Part shown: one piece after another, positions 45,489-55,398 of the stretch | Layout of the letters: every line of letters starts with the position of its first letter | Position numbering within the stretch: position 1 is the first letter of the stretch | Assembly (NCBI GenBank): GCA_905194675.1 | Contig: CAJJTG010000001.1 | Location: forward strand, 75,632-139,631 | Reading direction: 5' to 3' | DNA from: an uncultured Collinsella sp. | GTDB taxonomy: Bacteria; Actinomycetota; Coriobacteriia; Coriobacteriales; Coriobacteriaceae | DNA: 64,000 nucleotides | Translations under genes and position numbers: made by a program | The notes under the pieces: model-generated | Told to the model about the DNA's origin: nothing | Seen by the model: the letters and a program-made list of their open reading frames with translations, nothing else | Databases searched by the model: none

Positions 45489-48319
45489 TGGCTGCCAAAC
45501 TCATCGATCTTTCCTTTACGCTCAACGGTCGCAAGGTCAAGGTTCAGATTGCCCCCGATACCATGCTCTTTGCGCTGCTGCGCGAGCAGGGTTGCGCGTC
45601 GGTACGTTGCGCCTGCGAGACCACCAACTGCGGTCTGTGCACGGTGTGGCTCGACGGCGACCCGGTGCTGAGCTGCTCGGTTCCCGCCGCCCGTGTTGAG
45701 GGCCACACCATCACCACGCTTGAGGGCCTCAAGGCCGAGTCCGAGGCGCTCGCCCGTGCGATGGCTGCCGAAGGTGCCGAGCAGTGCGGTTTTTGCGCCC
45801 CCGGCCTCATCATGAACGTGCTGGCGCTTGCCCGCGCCGCCAAGGAGGACCCGAGCCTCGTCGCCACGCGCGAGGAGCTCTCGCGCCAGCTGGCTGGCAA
45901 CCTCTGCCGCTGCAGCGGCTACGAGAGCCAGCTGCGCGCCATCGTGCGCTTCCTTAACGAGTCCGGCGTGCGGGTGGGCTTCGAGATGCCCGAGCTGCCG
46001 GTCAATAACACCAGCTCTGACGGCGTCACCTACAAGCAGATCACCCACAAGCAGCCCAAGAAGGACTCGAAGGCCCTGCTCGAGGGTCGTCCGGTCTACA
46101 CCGGCGATATGGTGCCCGCCGGCGCCCTGATCGTCAAACTCAAGCGCAGCCCCTATGCCCGCGCCAAGATCCGCTCCATCGATACGTCGCGCGCCCTGAA
46201 GGTGCCGGGTGTCGTGGGCGTCTACACCTACGAGGACGTGCCCAAGCGCCGCTTTACCATCGCCGGCCAGAGCTATCCGCAGCCGAGTCCCTACGACCGC
46301 CTGATTCTCGAGAACCTCGTGCGCTATCAAAATGAGGAGGTGGCGATTGTCGCCGCCGAGACCGAGGAGGCCGCCGACAAGGCACTCAAGCTCATCAAGG
46401 TCGACTACGAGGTGCTCGAGCCGTTGCTCGACTTTACCCAGGCACTCGATAACGAGATCGTGGTCCACCCCGAGGGCGACGTGACCTTTATGTTCCCGCA
46501 GGGCGGCGACGTTGCTCGCAACCTGGTGTGCAGCGGTACCAGCGATTTTGGCGACCTTGATGAGGCGTTCGCCCAGAGCGACATCGTCATTGAGCGCACC
46601 TACACGAGCCAGGCCACGCAGACCGCGCCCATGGAGACCTTCCGTGCCTTTGCGACGACCGACGCGTTTGGACGTATCTCGGTGACCACCTCGACGCAGG
46701 TGCCCTTCCACGTGCGTCGCATGGTCGCCCAGTCGCTCGACATTCCGCAGTCGCAGGTGCAGGTCATTAAGCCGCGCATCGGCGGCGGCTTTGGCTCCAA
46801 GCAGACGGGCTGCTGCGAGATCTTCGTGGCGTTCGTCACCCAGCAGACCGGCCGTCCGAGCTACTGCTGCTACACCCGCGAGGAGACCATCACCGCGGGC
46901 AACTCGCGCCACCAGATGCAGATGACCGTCAAGCTGGGCGCCATGAACGACGGCACCATCACGGCCATCGACCTGCATACGCTGTCCAACGCCGGCGCGT
47001 ACGGCGAGCACGCCACCACGACGATCGGCCTTTCGGGTCACAAGAGCCTGCCCATCTACAACCATGTGAAGGCGAGCCGCTTTAGCTGGGACGCCGTCTA
47101 CACCAACACCAACCGCGGCGGTGCGTATCGCGGCTACGGTGCCACCCAGGGCCAGTTTGCCGTGGAGAGCGCCGTCAACGAGCTCGCCGACATGCTGCAC
47201 ATGGACCCCGCCGACCTGCGCCTTAAGAACATCGTGCGCGAGGGCGAGATCATGCCGCAGTACTACAACGAGAAGCTCAACGCCTGCGCGCTCGACCGCT
47301 GCCTGCTGCGCGCGATGGACATGATCGGCTGGCGCGACAAGCCGCTGGCCGTGGACCTGGGCGACCGCGTACGCGCCCTGGGTTGCGCGCTCACCATGCA
47401 GGGCTCGGGCATCTCCAACGTCGACATTGCCGGCATCGACATGCGCCTGGAAGAGGATGGCTTTATTACGATTTCGACCGGCGCCACCGACAACGGCATG
47501 GGTGTTGACACGATCCTGGCGCAGATTGCCGCCGAGGAGCTGGGCGTTGAGAGCTCGCTGATCGTGGTGCGCGGCGTGGATACCGACGTATCGCCGTTCG
47601 ACGCTGGCTCGTACGCGAGCTCGGGTACGTACGTGACGGGCCTGGCTGCCAAGAACGCCGCGACCGAGCTGCGTGAGAAGATTTGTGCCAAGGCTGCCCA
47701 GATGTGGGGCGTGGACGCCGCCGATGTGGTCTTCGACGGCCAGTACGTGCGCCTGTCCGATGAGCGTGCCGCGCGCGAGCAGAACCGCTACCTCACGCTG
47801 CGCGACTTTGCCAACCTGTGCGTCAAGAACATCGCAGGCGGCGACGCGCTCACCTCGCACGCTTCTGCTTGCCTGCCCGTTTCGCCTCCGCCGTTTATGG
47901 CCGGCATCGCCGAGGTCGAGGTCGACAAGGCCACCGGCAAGGTGACCGTGGTGGACTACGCGGCGGCCGTTGACTGCGGCACCGTGATCAACGAGGCGCT
48001 CGCGCGCGTCCAGGCCGAGGGCGGCATTGCCCAGGGTATCGGTCACGCGCTCTACGAGATCGTTGAGCATGACGATCGCGGCCGCCTGCGCACCGGCAAC
48101 TTTATGAGCTACAAGCTGCCCACGCGCCTGGATATCGGCAGCATTCGCGTGGCCTTTGAGCCGAGCTACGAGCCGACGGGCCCGTTTGGCGCCAAGTCGA
48201 TCGGCGAGGTCGTCATCAACACACCGCTCGCCGCCGTTGCCTCGGCCGTCGCACACGCCACCGGCCACCAGGTTCGCTCGTTACCGATCACGCCCGAGAA
48301 GGCCCTGCTGGGGGAGTAG
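45488..48319 (+). CDS. Xanthine dehydrogenase-family molybdenum hydroxylase, fused [2Fe-2S] small subunit plus molybdopterin-binding large subunit
   Basis: ATG overlaps the upstream stop (TAATG). N-terminal plant-type and helical 2Fe-2S motifs (CETTNCGLCTV; CGFCAPG...CRCSGY). The remainder is aldehyde oxidase/XDH a/b-hammerhead plus Mo-binding domains. 943 aa. Confidence 0.8.
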   Translation: MAAKLIDLSFTLNGRKVKVQIAPDTMLFALLREQGCASVRCACETTNCGLCTVWLDGDPVLSCSVPAARVEGHTITTLEGLKAESEALARAMAAEGAEQCGFCAPGLIMNVLALARAAKEDPSLVATREELSRQLAGNLCRCSGYESQLRAIVRFLNESGVRVGFEMPELPVNNTSSDGVTYKQITHKQPKKDSKALLEGRPVYTGDMVPAGALIVKLKRSPYARAKIRSIDTSRALKVPGVVGVYTYEDVPKRRFTIAGQSYPQPSPYDRLILENLVRYQNEEVAIVAAETEEAADKALKLIKVDYEVLEPLLDFTQALDNEIVVHPEGDVTFMFPQGGDVARNLVCSGTSDFGDLDEAFAQSDIVIERTYTSQATQTAPMETFRAFATTDAFGRISVTTSTQVPFHVRRMVAQSLDIPQSQVQVIKPRIGGGFGSKQTGCCEIFVAFVTQQTGRPSYCCYTREETITAGNSRHQMQMTVKLGAMNDGTITAIDLHTLSNAGAYGEHATTTIGLSGHKSLPIYNHVKASRFSWDAVYTNTNRGGAYRGYGATQGQFAVESAVNELADMLHMDPADLRLKNIVREGEIMPQYYNEKLNACALDRCLLRAMDMIGWRDKPLAVDLGDRVRALGCALTMQGSGISNVDIAGIDMRLEEDGFITISTGATDNGMGVDTILAQIAAEELGVESSLIVVRGVDTDVSPFDAGSYASSGTYVTGLAAKNAATELREKICAKAAQMWGVDAADVVFDGQYVRLSDERAAREQNRYLTLRDFANLCVKNIAGGDALTSHASACLPVSPPPFMAGIAEVEVDKATGKVTVVDYAAAVDCGTVINEALARVQAEGGIAQGIGHALYEIVEHDDRGRLRTGNFMSYKLPTRLDIGSIRVAFEPSYEPTGPFGAKSIGEVVINTPLAAVASAVAHATGHQVRSLPITPEKALLGE

Positions 48320-48344
48320 CGGGTCAGCGAACAAGTCGTAATTG

Positions 48345-48374
48345 GCGGGGCGGGACAACTCGCCCCGCCTTTTG
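48345..48374 (+). terminator. Rho-independent terminator after the Mo-hydroxylase operon
   Basis: ggcggggcg-ggacaact-cgccccgcc followed by tttt. Confidence 0.65.
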
Positions 48375-48459
48375 CACTCGTGGTGAGGTCGTGAGCCTGT
48401 AAAAGGTGTGCGTGCGCTTGCCGTTCGTATCTGCTATCATTCCTAGTCTGTGCGCTCAT

Positions 48460-48543
48460 GCGGGCGTGGCGGAATTGGTAGACGCGCCAGATTTAGGTTC
48501 TGGTGGGATTCCCGTGAAGGTTCGAGTCCTTTCGCCCGCACCA
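48460..48543 (+). tRNA. tRNA-Leu (anticodon TAG)
   Basis: GCGGGCGTGGCGGAATTGGTAGACGCG... Anticodon loop ttTAGgt. Long variable arm. T-arm GGTTCGAGTCC. Ends cgcccgc-a-CCA. Confidence 0.85.
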
Positions 48544-48619
48544 ACGCACCCGCGTCGGCTTATGCCCTCGCGACACTTTGTTGCATAAAGGTACCAGCAC
48601 CTCAGATAAGCTGGGCAGT

Positions 48620-49933
48620 ATGAGGAGGAACGTGTTGAACATCACCGCTTCTGACGTCAAGGACGCCAAGCTCACCGCTACGGTCACCATCCCGGCCGCC
48701 GACGTCGACGCCGCGATCAAGAAGGCCTACAAGGACACCGCCAAGAAGTACCGCTTCCCGGGCTTCCGTGCCGGTAAGGCTCCCCGTCCGGTCATCGATT
48801 CCGCTCTTGGCGCCGAGGCTACCCTCGCTCAGGCCACCAACGACCTGATCGCCGCCAACGAGCCCGCCGTTCTCAACGAGCTGGACATCGTCCCCACCAA
48901 GAGCGGTGACTACAAGGAGCTCGACCTCGCCAAGGATCACGAGGATTACACCTACACCGTCGAGTTCTCCCTGCGTCCTGCTGCCGAGCTCTCCTCCTTC
49001 GACGCCGTCGAGATCGAGATGCCCCCTGCGGAGGTCACCGAGTCCGAGATCAACAACCAGGTCGAGATGCTCCTCAACTACCGTGCCACCTTCGAGGACG
49101 TCGAGGGTCGCGCCGTCGAGGCTGAGGACTACGTTACCGTCGACCTCAAGGCCGTCGAGAACGCCGACAACTTCGCCGCCGAGGGCCGCATGCTCATCGC
49201 CGGCAGCGACAGCAACCCTGCTGAGTTCAACGAGGCCCTGATCGGCGCCAACGTTGACGACGTCAAGACCGTCACCTGGACCGACGAGGTCGAGGAGGGC
49301 GAGGAGGCCGAGACCCACACCGTCGAGGTCACCGTCAAGGGCATCAAGGTCCGCAACACCCCCGAGCTCACCGACGAGCTCGTCAAGTCCGACTTTGGTT
49401 TCGACAGCATCGACGCTATGCGCGACGCCATCAAGCTCGAGATCGAGCAGGACAAGGCTTCCCGCCTCCCGGCCGAGAAGGAGAACCGTTGCGTCGCCGC
49501 TCTCGCCGAGCGTCTGCAGCTCGAGGAGATGGATGCCGACTACGAGCAGTCCGTCTTTGAGGAGCTTGGCCAGAACTTCCTGTCCAACCTCGCTGCCCGC
49601 GGCATGACCCTCGACACCTGGCTGCCCGCTTCCGGCCTGACCATGGAGCAGTTCATCGGCGACCTGCACAAGCAGGCCAACGACGTTGCCCGTGAGTCCC
49701 TGGCGCTCGACGCCCTCGCCCGTGAGCTCAAGATCGAGGTCACCGAGGACGACATCAACGCCGAGTTCGAGAAGGCCGGCGTCAAGGACGTCGAGGCTTC
49801 CAAGGCTGAGTTCATCGCCGATGGCCGCATGCCTGCCGTCCGCGAGTCCATCCGTCGCTCCAAGGCCGTCGACCACCTGGTCGAGAACGCCAAGGTGACC
49901 GAGGTCGACGAGACCGCCAAGGACGCCAAGTAA
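48620..49933 (+). CDS. tig: Trigger factor
   Basis: Tig-like over its full length (RFPGFRAGKAPRPVI; PPIase-like middle domain). Start is ambiguous: ATG 48620, or TTG 48635 six nt after an AGGAGG RBS. Confidence 0.8.
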   Translation: MRRNVLNITASDVKDAKLTATVTIPAADVDAAIKKAYKDTAKKYRFPGFRAGKAPRPVIDSALGAEATLAQATNDLIAANEPAVLNELDIVPTKSGDYKELDLAKDHEDYTYTVEFSLRPAAELSSFDAVEIEMPPAEVTESEINNQVEMLLNYRATFEDVEGRAVEAEDYVTVDLKAVENADNFAAEGRMLIAGSDSNPAEFNEALIGANVDDVKTVTWTDEVEEGEEAETHTVEVTVKGIKVRNTPELTDELVKSDFGFDSIDAMRDAIKLEIEQDKASRLPAEKENRCVAALAERLQLEEMDADYEQSVFEELGQNFLSNLAARGMTLDTWLPASGLTMEQFIGDLHKQANDVARESLALDALARELKIEVTEDDINAEFEKAGVKDVEASKAEFIADGRMPAVRESIRRSKAVDHLVENAKVTEVDETAKDAK

Positions 49934-50083
49934 TTCTCGCCACCTTGCTCGCGAGCGCATGCATGTGCCCGCGATGGGGTAAAGTTATAAACCGGTTATC
50001 CGGTTGCTTCGTACGGTGCCAGCCAATGCATAGCATGCGGGCACCGTACGTTTATCTAGAACCACTATTGGTCCGTAAGAGAA

Positions 50084-50716
50084 ATGGAGATGCGTATGAT
50101 CGCTAAGTTCGATTCCGCCCTCGTGCCATACGTTATCGAGCAGACGCCGCGCGGCGAGCGCAGCTACGATATCTATTCGCGCCTGCTCAACGACCGCATT
50201 ATCTTCTTGGGCGAGGAGATCAACTCCGTCAGCGCCAACCTGGTCGTTGCCCAGCTGCTGCATCTTGAGAGCCAGGATGCCGAGAAGGATATCTCGCTCT
50301 ACATCAATTCGCCCGGCGGCGAGGTTTACTCCGGCCTGGCGATTCTGGACACCATGAACTTCATCAAGCCGCAGGTCTCCACCATCTGCGTCGGTATGGC
50401 CGCGTCCATGGCCGCCGTGCTGCTTTCGGCCGGTGCCAAGGGCAAGCGCTTCTGCCTGCCGCACTCCAAGGTCATGATTCACCAGCCCAGCGGCGGTGCG
50501 CAGGGCCAGCAGACCGAGATTGAGATTGTGGCCGAGGAGATCAAGAAGACCCGTCGTGAGCTCAACCAGATCCTGTCCGACGCCTCGGGCCAGCCCATCG
50601 AGAAGGTTCAGGCCGATACCGAGCGCGACAACTACCTCACGGCTGCCGAGGCCCTCGACTACGGTCTGATTGACCGCATTGTCACCTCGCGCGACCTCGC
50701 CGCGAAGGACGCCTAG
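50084..50716 (+). CDS. clpP: ATP-dependent Clp protease proteolytic subunit
   Basis: [19 protein letters not shown] and [11 protein letters not shown] (Ser active site) motifs, plus a His motif. Alternative in-frame ATG starts at 50090 and 50096. Confidence 0.9.
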   Translation: MEMRMIAKFDSALVPYVIEQTPRGERSYDIYSRLLNDRIIFLGEEINSVSANLVVAQLLHLESQDAEKDISLYINSPGGEVYSGLAILDTMNFIKPQVSTICVGMAASMAAVLLSAGAKGKRFCLPHSKVMIHQPSGGAQGQQTEIEIVAEEIKKTRRELNQILSDASGQPIEKVQADTERDNYLTAAEALDYGLIDRIVTSRDLAAKDA

Positions 50717-50717
50717 G

Positions 50718-52133
50718 ATGGCCGGTAACATGCAGGACGGCTTCGACGAGAACGGCAACCCCATCCGCTGCTCCTTCTGCGGAAAAGAGCAGGGTCAGGT
50801 TCGCCGCCTGGTGAAGGGCCCGACCAATATCTTTATCTGCGACGAGTGCGTCGCCGCCTGCTCCGAAATCTTGGAGGAGTCGCTGGCTTCGGACTTTATG
50901 GACGCCGCCCGCAACGGCAAGCTGCCGGGCTTCCTTAACGACCACGGCCAGGCTGCCGGTCAGCCCGCTGTAGATCCTGAGGCCGAGGGTTTTGAGCTGG
51001 AGGACGACGCCCGCCAGGTCATTACGCACGTGCCGACGCCGCACGAGATCTATGACGAGCTTTCGGCCTATGTCATGGGCCAGGAAGACGCCAAGCGCGC
51101 CATGTCGGTTGCCGTGTACAACCACTATCGCCGCGTCATCGAGGGCGGCGCTGCGCTTTCGGCCTTTGACGAAGCTGGCGGTTTGGACTCGCAGCTCGAC
51201 GACGATATGGACGAGGTGGAGCTCGCCAAGTCTAACATTTTGCTGCTCGGTCCCACCGGTACCGGTAAGACTCTGCTCGCCCAGACGCTCGCGCGCATCC
51301 TCGAGGTGCCGTTTGCCATCGCCGACGCCACCGCGCTCACCGAGGCCGGTTACGTGGGCGAGGACGTGGAGAACATCCTGCTCAAGCTCATCAATGCTGC
51401 CGATGGCGACATTGAGCGCGCGCAGGTCGGCATTATCTACGTGGACGAGATCGACAAGATTGCCCGCAAGGCCGAGAACCTCTCCATCACCCGCGATGTT
51501 TCGGGCGAGGGCGTTCAGCAGGCGCTGCTGAAGATCCTTGAGGGCACGGTGGCAAGCGTTCCGCCCACCGGCGGCCGCAAGCATCCCCAGCAGGAGCTGC
51601 TGCAGATCGACACGACCAACATCCTGTTCATCTGCGGCGGTGCCTTTGTGGGCCTGGATAAGATCATCGCCGACCGTGTTGGCAACAAGGGCGTGGGCTT
51701 TAACTCCGAGATCGCCGGCCCCACTTCGGTCGACGAGAACGACCTGCTGCGTCAGGTGCTCCCGCAGGACCTCAACGCCTTTGGCATGATCCCCGAGTTT
51801 GTGGGCCGTACGCCCGTCGTCACCCAGACGCAGGCGCTCGACGAGGACGATCTGGTGTCGATTCTGACCGAGCCCAAGAACGCCGTGGTGCGCCAGTACC
51901 GTAAGATGTTCCAGCTCGAGGACGTTGAGCTTGAGTTTGAGGACGCGGCGCTGCACGAGATCGCCCGCATGGCACTCGCCCGCAAGACCGGCGCCCGCGG
52001 CCTGCGCTCCATCTGCGAGGACGTGCTGCAGCAGACGATGTTCGACCTCCCCAGCGAGGAAGGCGTCGCCAAGGTCATCGTGACCGAAGCCTCCGTAAAG
52101 GGCGAAGAACAGCCCCAGCGCATCTATGGGTAA
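50718..52133 (+). CDS. clpX: ATP-dependent Clp protease ATP-binding subunit
   Basis: N-terminal Zn finger CSFCGK...CDEC. Walker A GPTGTGKT. Conserved tig-clpP-clpX order. Confidence 0.9.
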   Translation: MAGNMQDGFDENGNPIRCSFCGKEQGQVRRLVKGPTNIFICDECVAACSEILEESLASDFMDAARNGKLPGFLNDHGQAAGQPAVDPEAEGFELEDDARQVITHVPTPHEIYDELSAYVMGQEDAKRAMSVAVYNHYRRVIEGGAALSAFDEAGGLDSQLDDDMDEVELAKSNILLLGPTGTGKTLLAQTLARILEVPFAIADATALTEAGYVGEDVENILLKLINAADGDIERAQVGIIYVDEIDKIARKAENLSITRDVSGEGVQQALLKILEGTVASVPPTGGRKHPQQELLQIDTTNILFICGGAFVGLDKIIADRVGNKGVGFNSEIAGPTSVDENDLLRQVLPQDLNAFGMIPEFVGRTPVVTQTQALDEDDLVSILTEPKNAVVRQYRKMFQLEDVELEFEDAALHEIARMALARKTGARGLRSICEDVLQQTMFDLPSEEGVAKVIVTEASVKGEEQPQRIYG

Positions 52134-52148
52134 ATAGCGCCCGTTTAG

Positions 52149-52174
52149 GTCCCGCGGCAACCACTGCGGGACCT
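52149..52174 (+). terminator. Hairpin terminator after clpX
   Basis: ggtcccgc-ggcaaccact-gcgggacc with a weak T tract. Confidence 0.5.
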
Positions 52175-52182
52175 GCCATTTA

Positions 52183-52268
52183 GGGACAGGTTTATTTTGG
52201 TCGGTTTTATATGGGCAAACGTCATTCTGCCTGATAAAACCTGCCAAAATAAACCTGTCCCTTTTTGG
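52183..52268 (+). terminator. Second large hairpin with T-run (19-bp perfect stem AGGGACAGGTTTATTTTGG/CCAAAATAAACCTGTCCCT, 43-nt loop, TTTTT)
   Basis: Perfect inverted arms at 52183-52201 and 52245-52263, followed by ttttt. Confidence 0.55.
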
Positions 52269-52337
52269 TAGGTATGCCTGTGCTATTCTGTGAGATTGTT
52301 TAGCTAGTACCTTCAGACTGAAGTAATCGATACCTAA

Positions 52338-52450
52338 GGCGTGTCCGCCTGTTTGGTTTTCGTAGATTCCGCACGAGCCGAAGGACACTTAATGTGCTCT
52401 TCGTGCGAGTCAGGACTTGACCGAGCGAAAACCAAGCAGGCGGACACGCC
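52338..52450 (+). promoter_or_regulatory. Highly structured valS leader element: a perfect 25-bp stem enclosing a 63-nt sub-structured loop, ending 20 nt before the valS start codon
   Basis: Arms ggcgtgtccgcctgtttggttttcg (52338-52362) and cgaaaaccaagcaggcggacacgcc (52426-52450) are exact reverse complements. An inner imperfect hairpin ccgcacgagccgaag/cttcgtgcg lies between them. The RBS gggagag follows at 52458. Confidence 0.45.
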
Positions 52451-52470
52451 GGCGGGACAGGGAGAGATAT

Positions 52471-55167
52471 ATGGAAGAAATGCCCAAGAACTACGATCCG
52501 TCGACCAACGAGCCGGCGATCCTGCAGAAGTGGCTCGACGGCGGCTACTACAAGCGCCGCGAGGGCGTGGGCGACTGCACCGTCACCATTCCGCCTCCCA
52601 ACGTAACCGGCAAGCTCCACATGGGTCACGCCACCGATGACTCCATCCAGGACGCCATCATTCGTATGGCCCGCATGCGCGGCAAGTCCACGCGCTGGGT
52701 GCTGGGTACCGATCACGCCGGTATTGCCACGCAGACCAAGGTCGACAAAAAGCTCAAGAGCGAGGGCATCAGCCGCCTGGAGATTGGCCGCGACAAGTTT
52801 GTCGACGCCTGCTGGGATTGGACCCACGAGTACGGCGGCATCATCGTCGAGCAGATCAAGCGCATGGGCTGCTCCGTCGACTTCGACAACGAGCGCTTCA
52901 CCATGGACGAGGATTACGCCCAGGCCGTGCGTAAGGTATTCTGCGACTGGTACCACGACGGCCTGATCTACCGTGGCAAGCGCATCGTCAACTGGTGCCC
53001 CAACTGCACCACCGCTATCTCGGATGACGAGGCCGAGTACAAGGACGAGAAGGGCCACCTGTGGCACCTGCGCTACCCGCTGACCGAGCCGGTCAACGGC
53101 CAGGACTATATCGTCGTCGCCACTACGCGCCCCGAGACCATGCTCGGCGACACGGGCGTCGCCGTCTCCCCGAAGGATCCCGAGAAGGCCGCCTTTGTGG
53201 GTAAGACCGTCAAGCTCCCCATCGTCGACCGTGAGATCCCCATCTTTGAGGATTGGCACGTCGACGCCAACTTTGGCTCCGGCTTCGTCAAGGTCACCCC
53301 TGCTCACGACCCCAACGACTACGCCATGGGTCAGGCCCACGACCTGCCGCAGATCAACATCTTCGACGAGCACGCGGTGGTCGTCGAGGGCTATGGCGAG
53401 TTCACCGGCATGAATCGCGACGAGTGCCGCGAGGCCGTCATCAAGTGGTTCGACGAGCACGGCCTGCTCGACCACGTCGACGAGCACGACCACTCCGTCA
53501 TGCACTGCTACCGTTGCGACTCCGCCCTGGAGCCGTGGCTTTCTGAGCAGTGGTTTGTGGCCGTCGACAAGCTCAAGGGGCCGGCGCTGGACGCCGTCAA
53601 CTCCGGCAAGGTCACCTTCCACCCCGCGCGCTGGACGCAGACCTACACCACCTGGATGGAGAACCTCAAGGACTGGTGCATTAGCCGCCAGCTGTGGTGG
53701 GGTCACCGCATTCCCGTGTTCTACTGCGAGGACTGCGGCTGGGAGGACGCCCTTACCGAGGACACCGACGTGTGCCCCAAGTGCGGCGGCCATCACGTCC
53801 ATCAGGACGAGAACGTGCTGGACACCTGGTTCAGCTCGCAGCTGTGGACCTTCGCCACGCAGGGCTGGCCGCAAAAGCCGGAGCTGCTCGAGGGCCATCA
53901 CCCCACGACGGCGCTCGTCACCGCTCGCGACATCATCGCGCTGTGGGTCGCCCGCATGGTCATGAGCTCGCTGTACTTCCTGGACGAGGTGCCGTTTAAG
54001 GACGTCGTCATCTACCCGACGATCCTTGCCAAGGACGGCAGCCGCATGTCCAAGTCCAAGGGCAACGGCGTTGACCCCATGGACCTCATCGGTATGTACG
54101 GTGCTGACGCCATGCGTTACAACCTGCTCACGCTGTGCACTAACAACCAGGACGTCAAGTTCGACGCGAACATCGATAAGAAGACCAAGAAGCTCATCGA
54201 CAGCCCGCGTACCGACCAGGCCAAGTCGTTTGTGACCAAGATCTGGAACGCCAGCCGCTTCCTGCTTATGAACATGGAGGGCTACACGCCCGGCGTGCCC
54301 GTCGTGGAGACGCCGGCCGACGCCTGGATGTTCAGCCGCCTGGCCAAGGCCGTCCAGATGGTCACCGAGGGTATTGAGAACTACACCTTTGGCGACATGG
54401 CTCGCGGCGTGCAGCAGTTCTTCTGGAACGAGGTCTGCGACTGGTACGTCGAGGTCACCAAGGCCCGCCTGAAGGGCGAGGGCCGTCTGCAGGCTCAGCG
54501 CAACCTGATCTTTGTGCTCGACACCTCCATTCGCCTGATGCACCCGCTCATGCCGTTTGTCACTGAGGAGATCTGGGACAACATGCCGGCGAGCGTGCTC
54601 GACCTGGATGCCGAGGGTAACGTGAATCGCGCCGAGGCGCTCATGATTGCCAAGTGGCCCGAGCCCGCCGACTACGCCAAGTACGTTGACGAGCCTGCCG
54701 AGCGCGCGTTTGAGCTGTGCCGTACCGTCGTGTCTGCCGCTCGCGCCACGCGTTCGCGTTATCGCTTGAGCCCCAAGGCCGAGCTCGACGTGGTCGTGCG
54801 CGCCGGCGCCGAGGACATCGAGAAGCTCGAGAGCCTGCGTTCGACCATCGAGCCGCTGGCGAACACCGCTTCGCTGGTCATGGGTACCGATGTCGAGAAG
54901 CCGGCTGCGAGCATCGCCGTGGTCGATAGCGGTGTCGAGGTCTTTGTGGTGCTCGAGGGCAAGGTTGATCTTTCGGCCGAGAAGGCACGCCTGGAGAAGG
55001 AGATCGCCGCGGCGCAGAAGGAGCTCGCCGGCTGCGAGAAGACGCTGGCCAACGAGGGCTTTGTGGCCAAGGCCGCGCCCGCGGTGGTCCAGAAGAAGAG
55101 GGACCGTGCAGCTGAGCTCAAGGAGATCCTTGCGGCGCTGACTGCTCAGGTTGCTGACTTCTCGTAA
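52471..55167 (+). CDS. valS: Valyl-tRNA synthetase
   Basis: HMGH class I motif (PNVTGKLHMGHA), KMSKS (SRMSKSKGN) and a C-terminal coiled coil. 898 aa. Confidence 0.9.
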   Translation: MEEMPKNYDPSTNEPAILQKWLDGGYYKRREGVGDCTVTIPPPNVTGKLHMGHATDDSIQDAIIRMARMRGKSTRWVLGTDHAGIATQTKVDKKLKSEGISRLEIGRDKFVDACWDWTHEYGGIIVEQIKRMGCSVDFDNERFTMDEDYAQAVRKVFCDWYHDGLIYRGKRIVNWCPNCTTAISDDEAEYKDEKGHLWHLRYPLTEPVNGQDYIVVATTRPETMLGDTGVAVSPKDPEKAAFVGKTVKLPIVDREIPIFEDWHVDANFGSGFVKVTPAHDPNDYAMGQAHDLPQINIFDEHAVVVEGYGEFTGMNRDECREAVIKWFDEHGLLDHVDEHDHSVMHCYRCDSALEPWLSEQWFVAVDKLKGPALDAVNSGKVTFHPARWTQTYTTWMENLKDWCISRQLWWGHRIPVFYCEDCGWEDALTEDTDVCPKCGGHHVHQDENVLDTWFSSQLWTFATQGWPQKPELLEGHHPTTALVTARDIIALWVARMVMSSLYFLDEVPFKDVVIYPTILAKDGSRMSKSKGNGVDPMDLIGMYGADAMRYNLLTLCTNNQDVKFDANIDKKTKKLIDSPRTDQAKSFVTKIWNASRFLLMNMEGYTPGVPVVETPADAWMFSRLAKAVQMVTEGIENYTFGDMARGVQQFFWNEVCDWYVEVTKARLKGEGRLQAQRNLIFVLDTSIRLMHPLMPFVTEEIWDNMPASVLDLDAEGNVNRAEALMIAKWPEPADYAKYVDEPAERAFELCRTVVSAARATRSRYRLSPKAELDVVVRAGAEDIEKLESLRSTIEPLANTASLVMGTDVEKPAASIAVVDSGVEVFVVLEGKVDLSAEKARLEKEIAAAQKELAGCEKTLANEGFVAKAAPAVVQKKRDRAAELKEILAALTAQVADFS

Positions 55168-55398
55168 GGTTTACTCGGGGGCGCGTCCCGATGCTTTGCT
55201 CTCCGCTGCGGACACCTATTCCGCCGTTCTAACGAACGGCGGCTGACTCGACGCTGCAAACGCCTCTGATGGCCAATCTGCCGTTCAACTTCGGGCGCAT
55301 GGGCATAAGCCCTATGCGCCCTTGTTTCACGGCACCTTGGCTCATCAGAGGCGTTTTCGCTGACTATCCTCAACCTATACTGTTTTATTTTTCTATGA

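Noticed and set aside
52264-52470. T-box riboswitch call for the valS leader
   Set aside because: I could not locate the conserved T-box antiterminator sequence (AANNNGGGTGGNACCGCG-like) or a clear specifier-loop architecture. Kept only as an unclassified structured leader.
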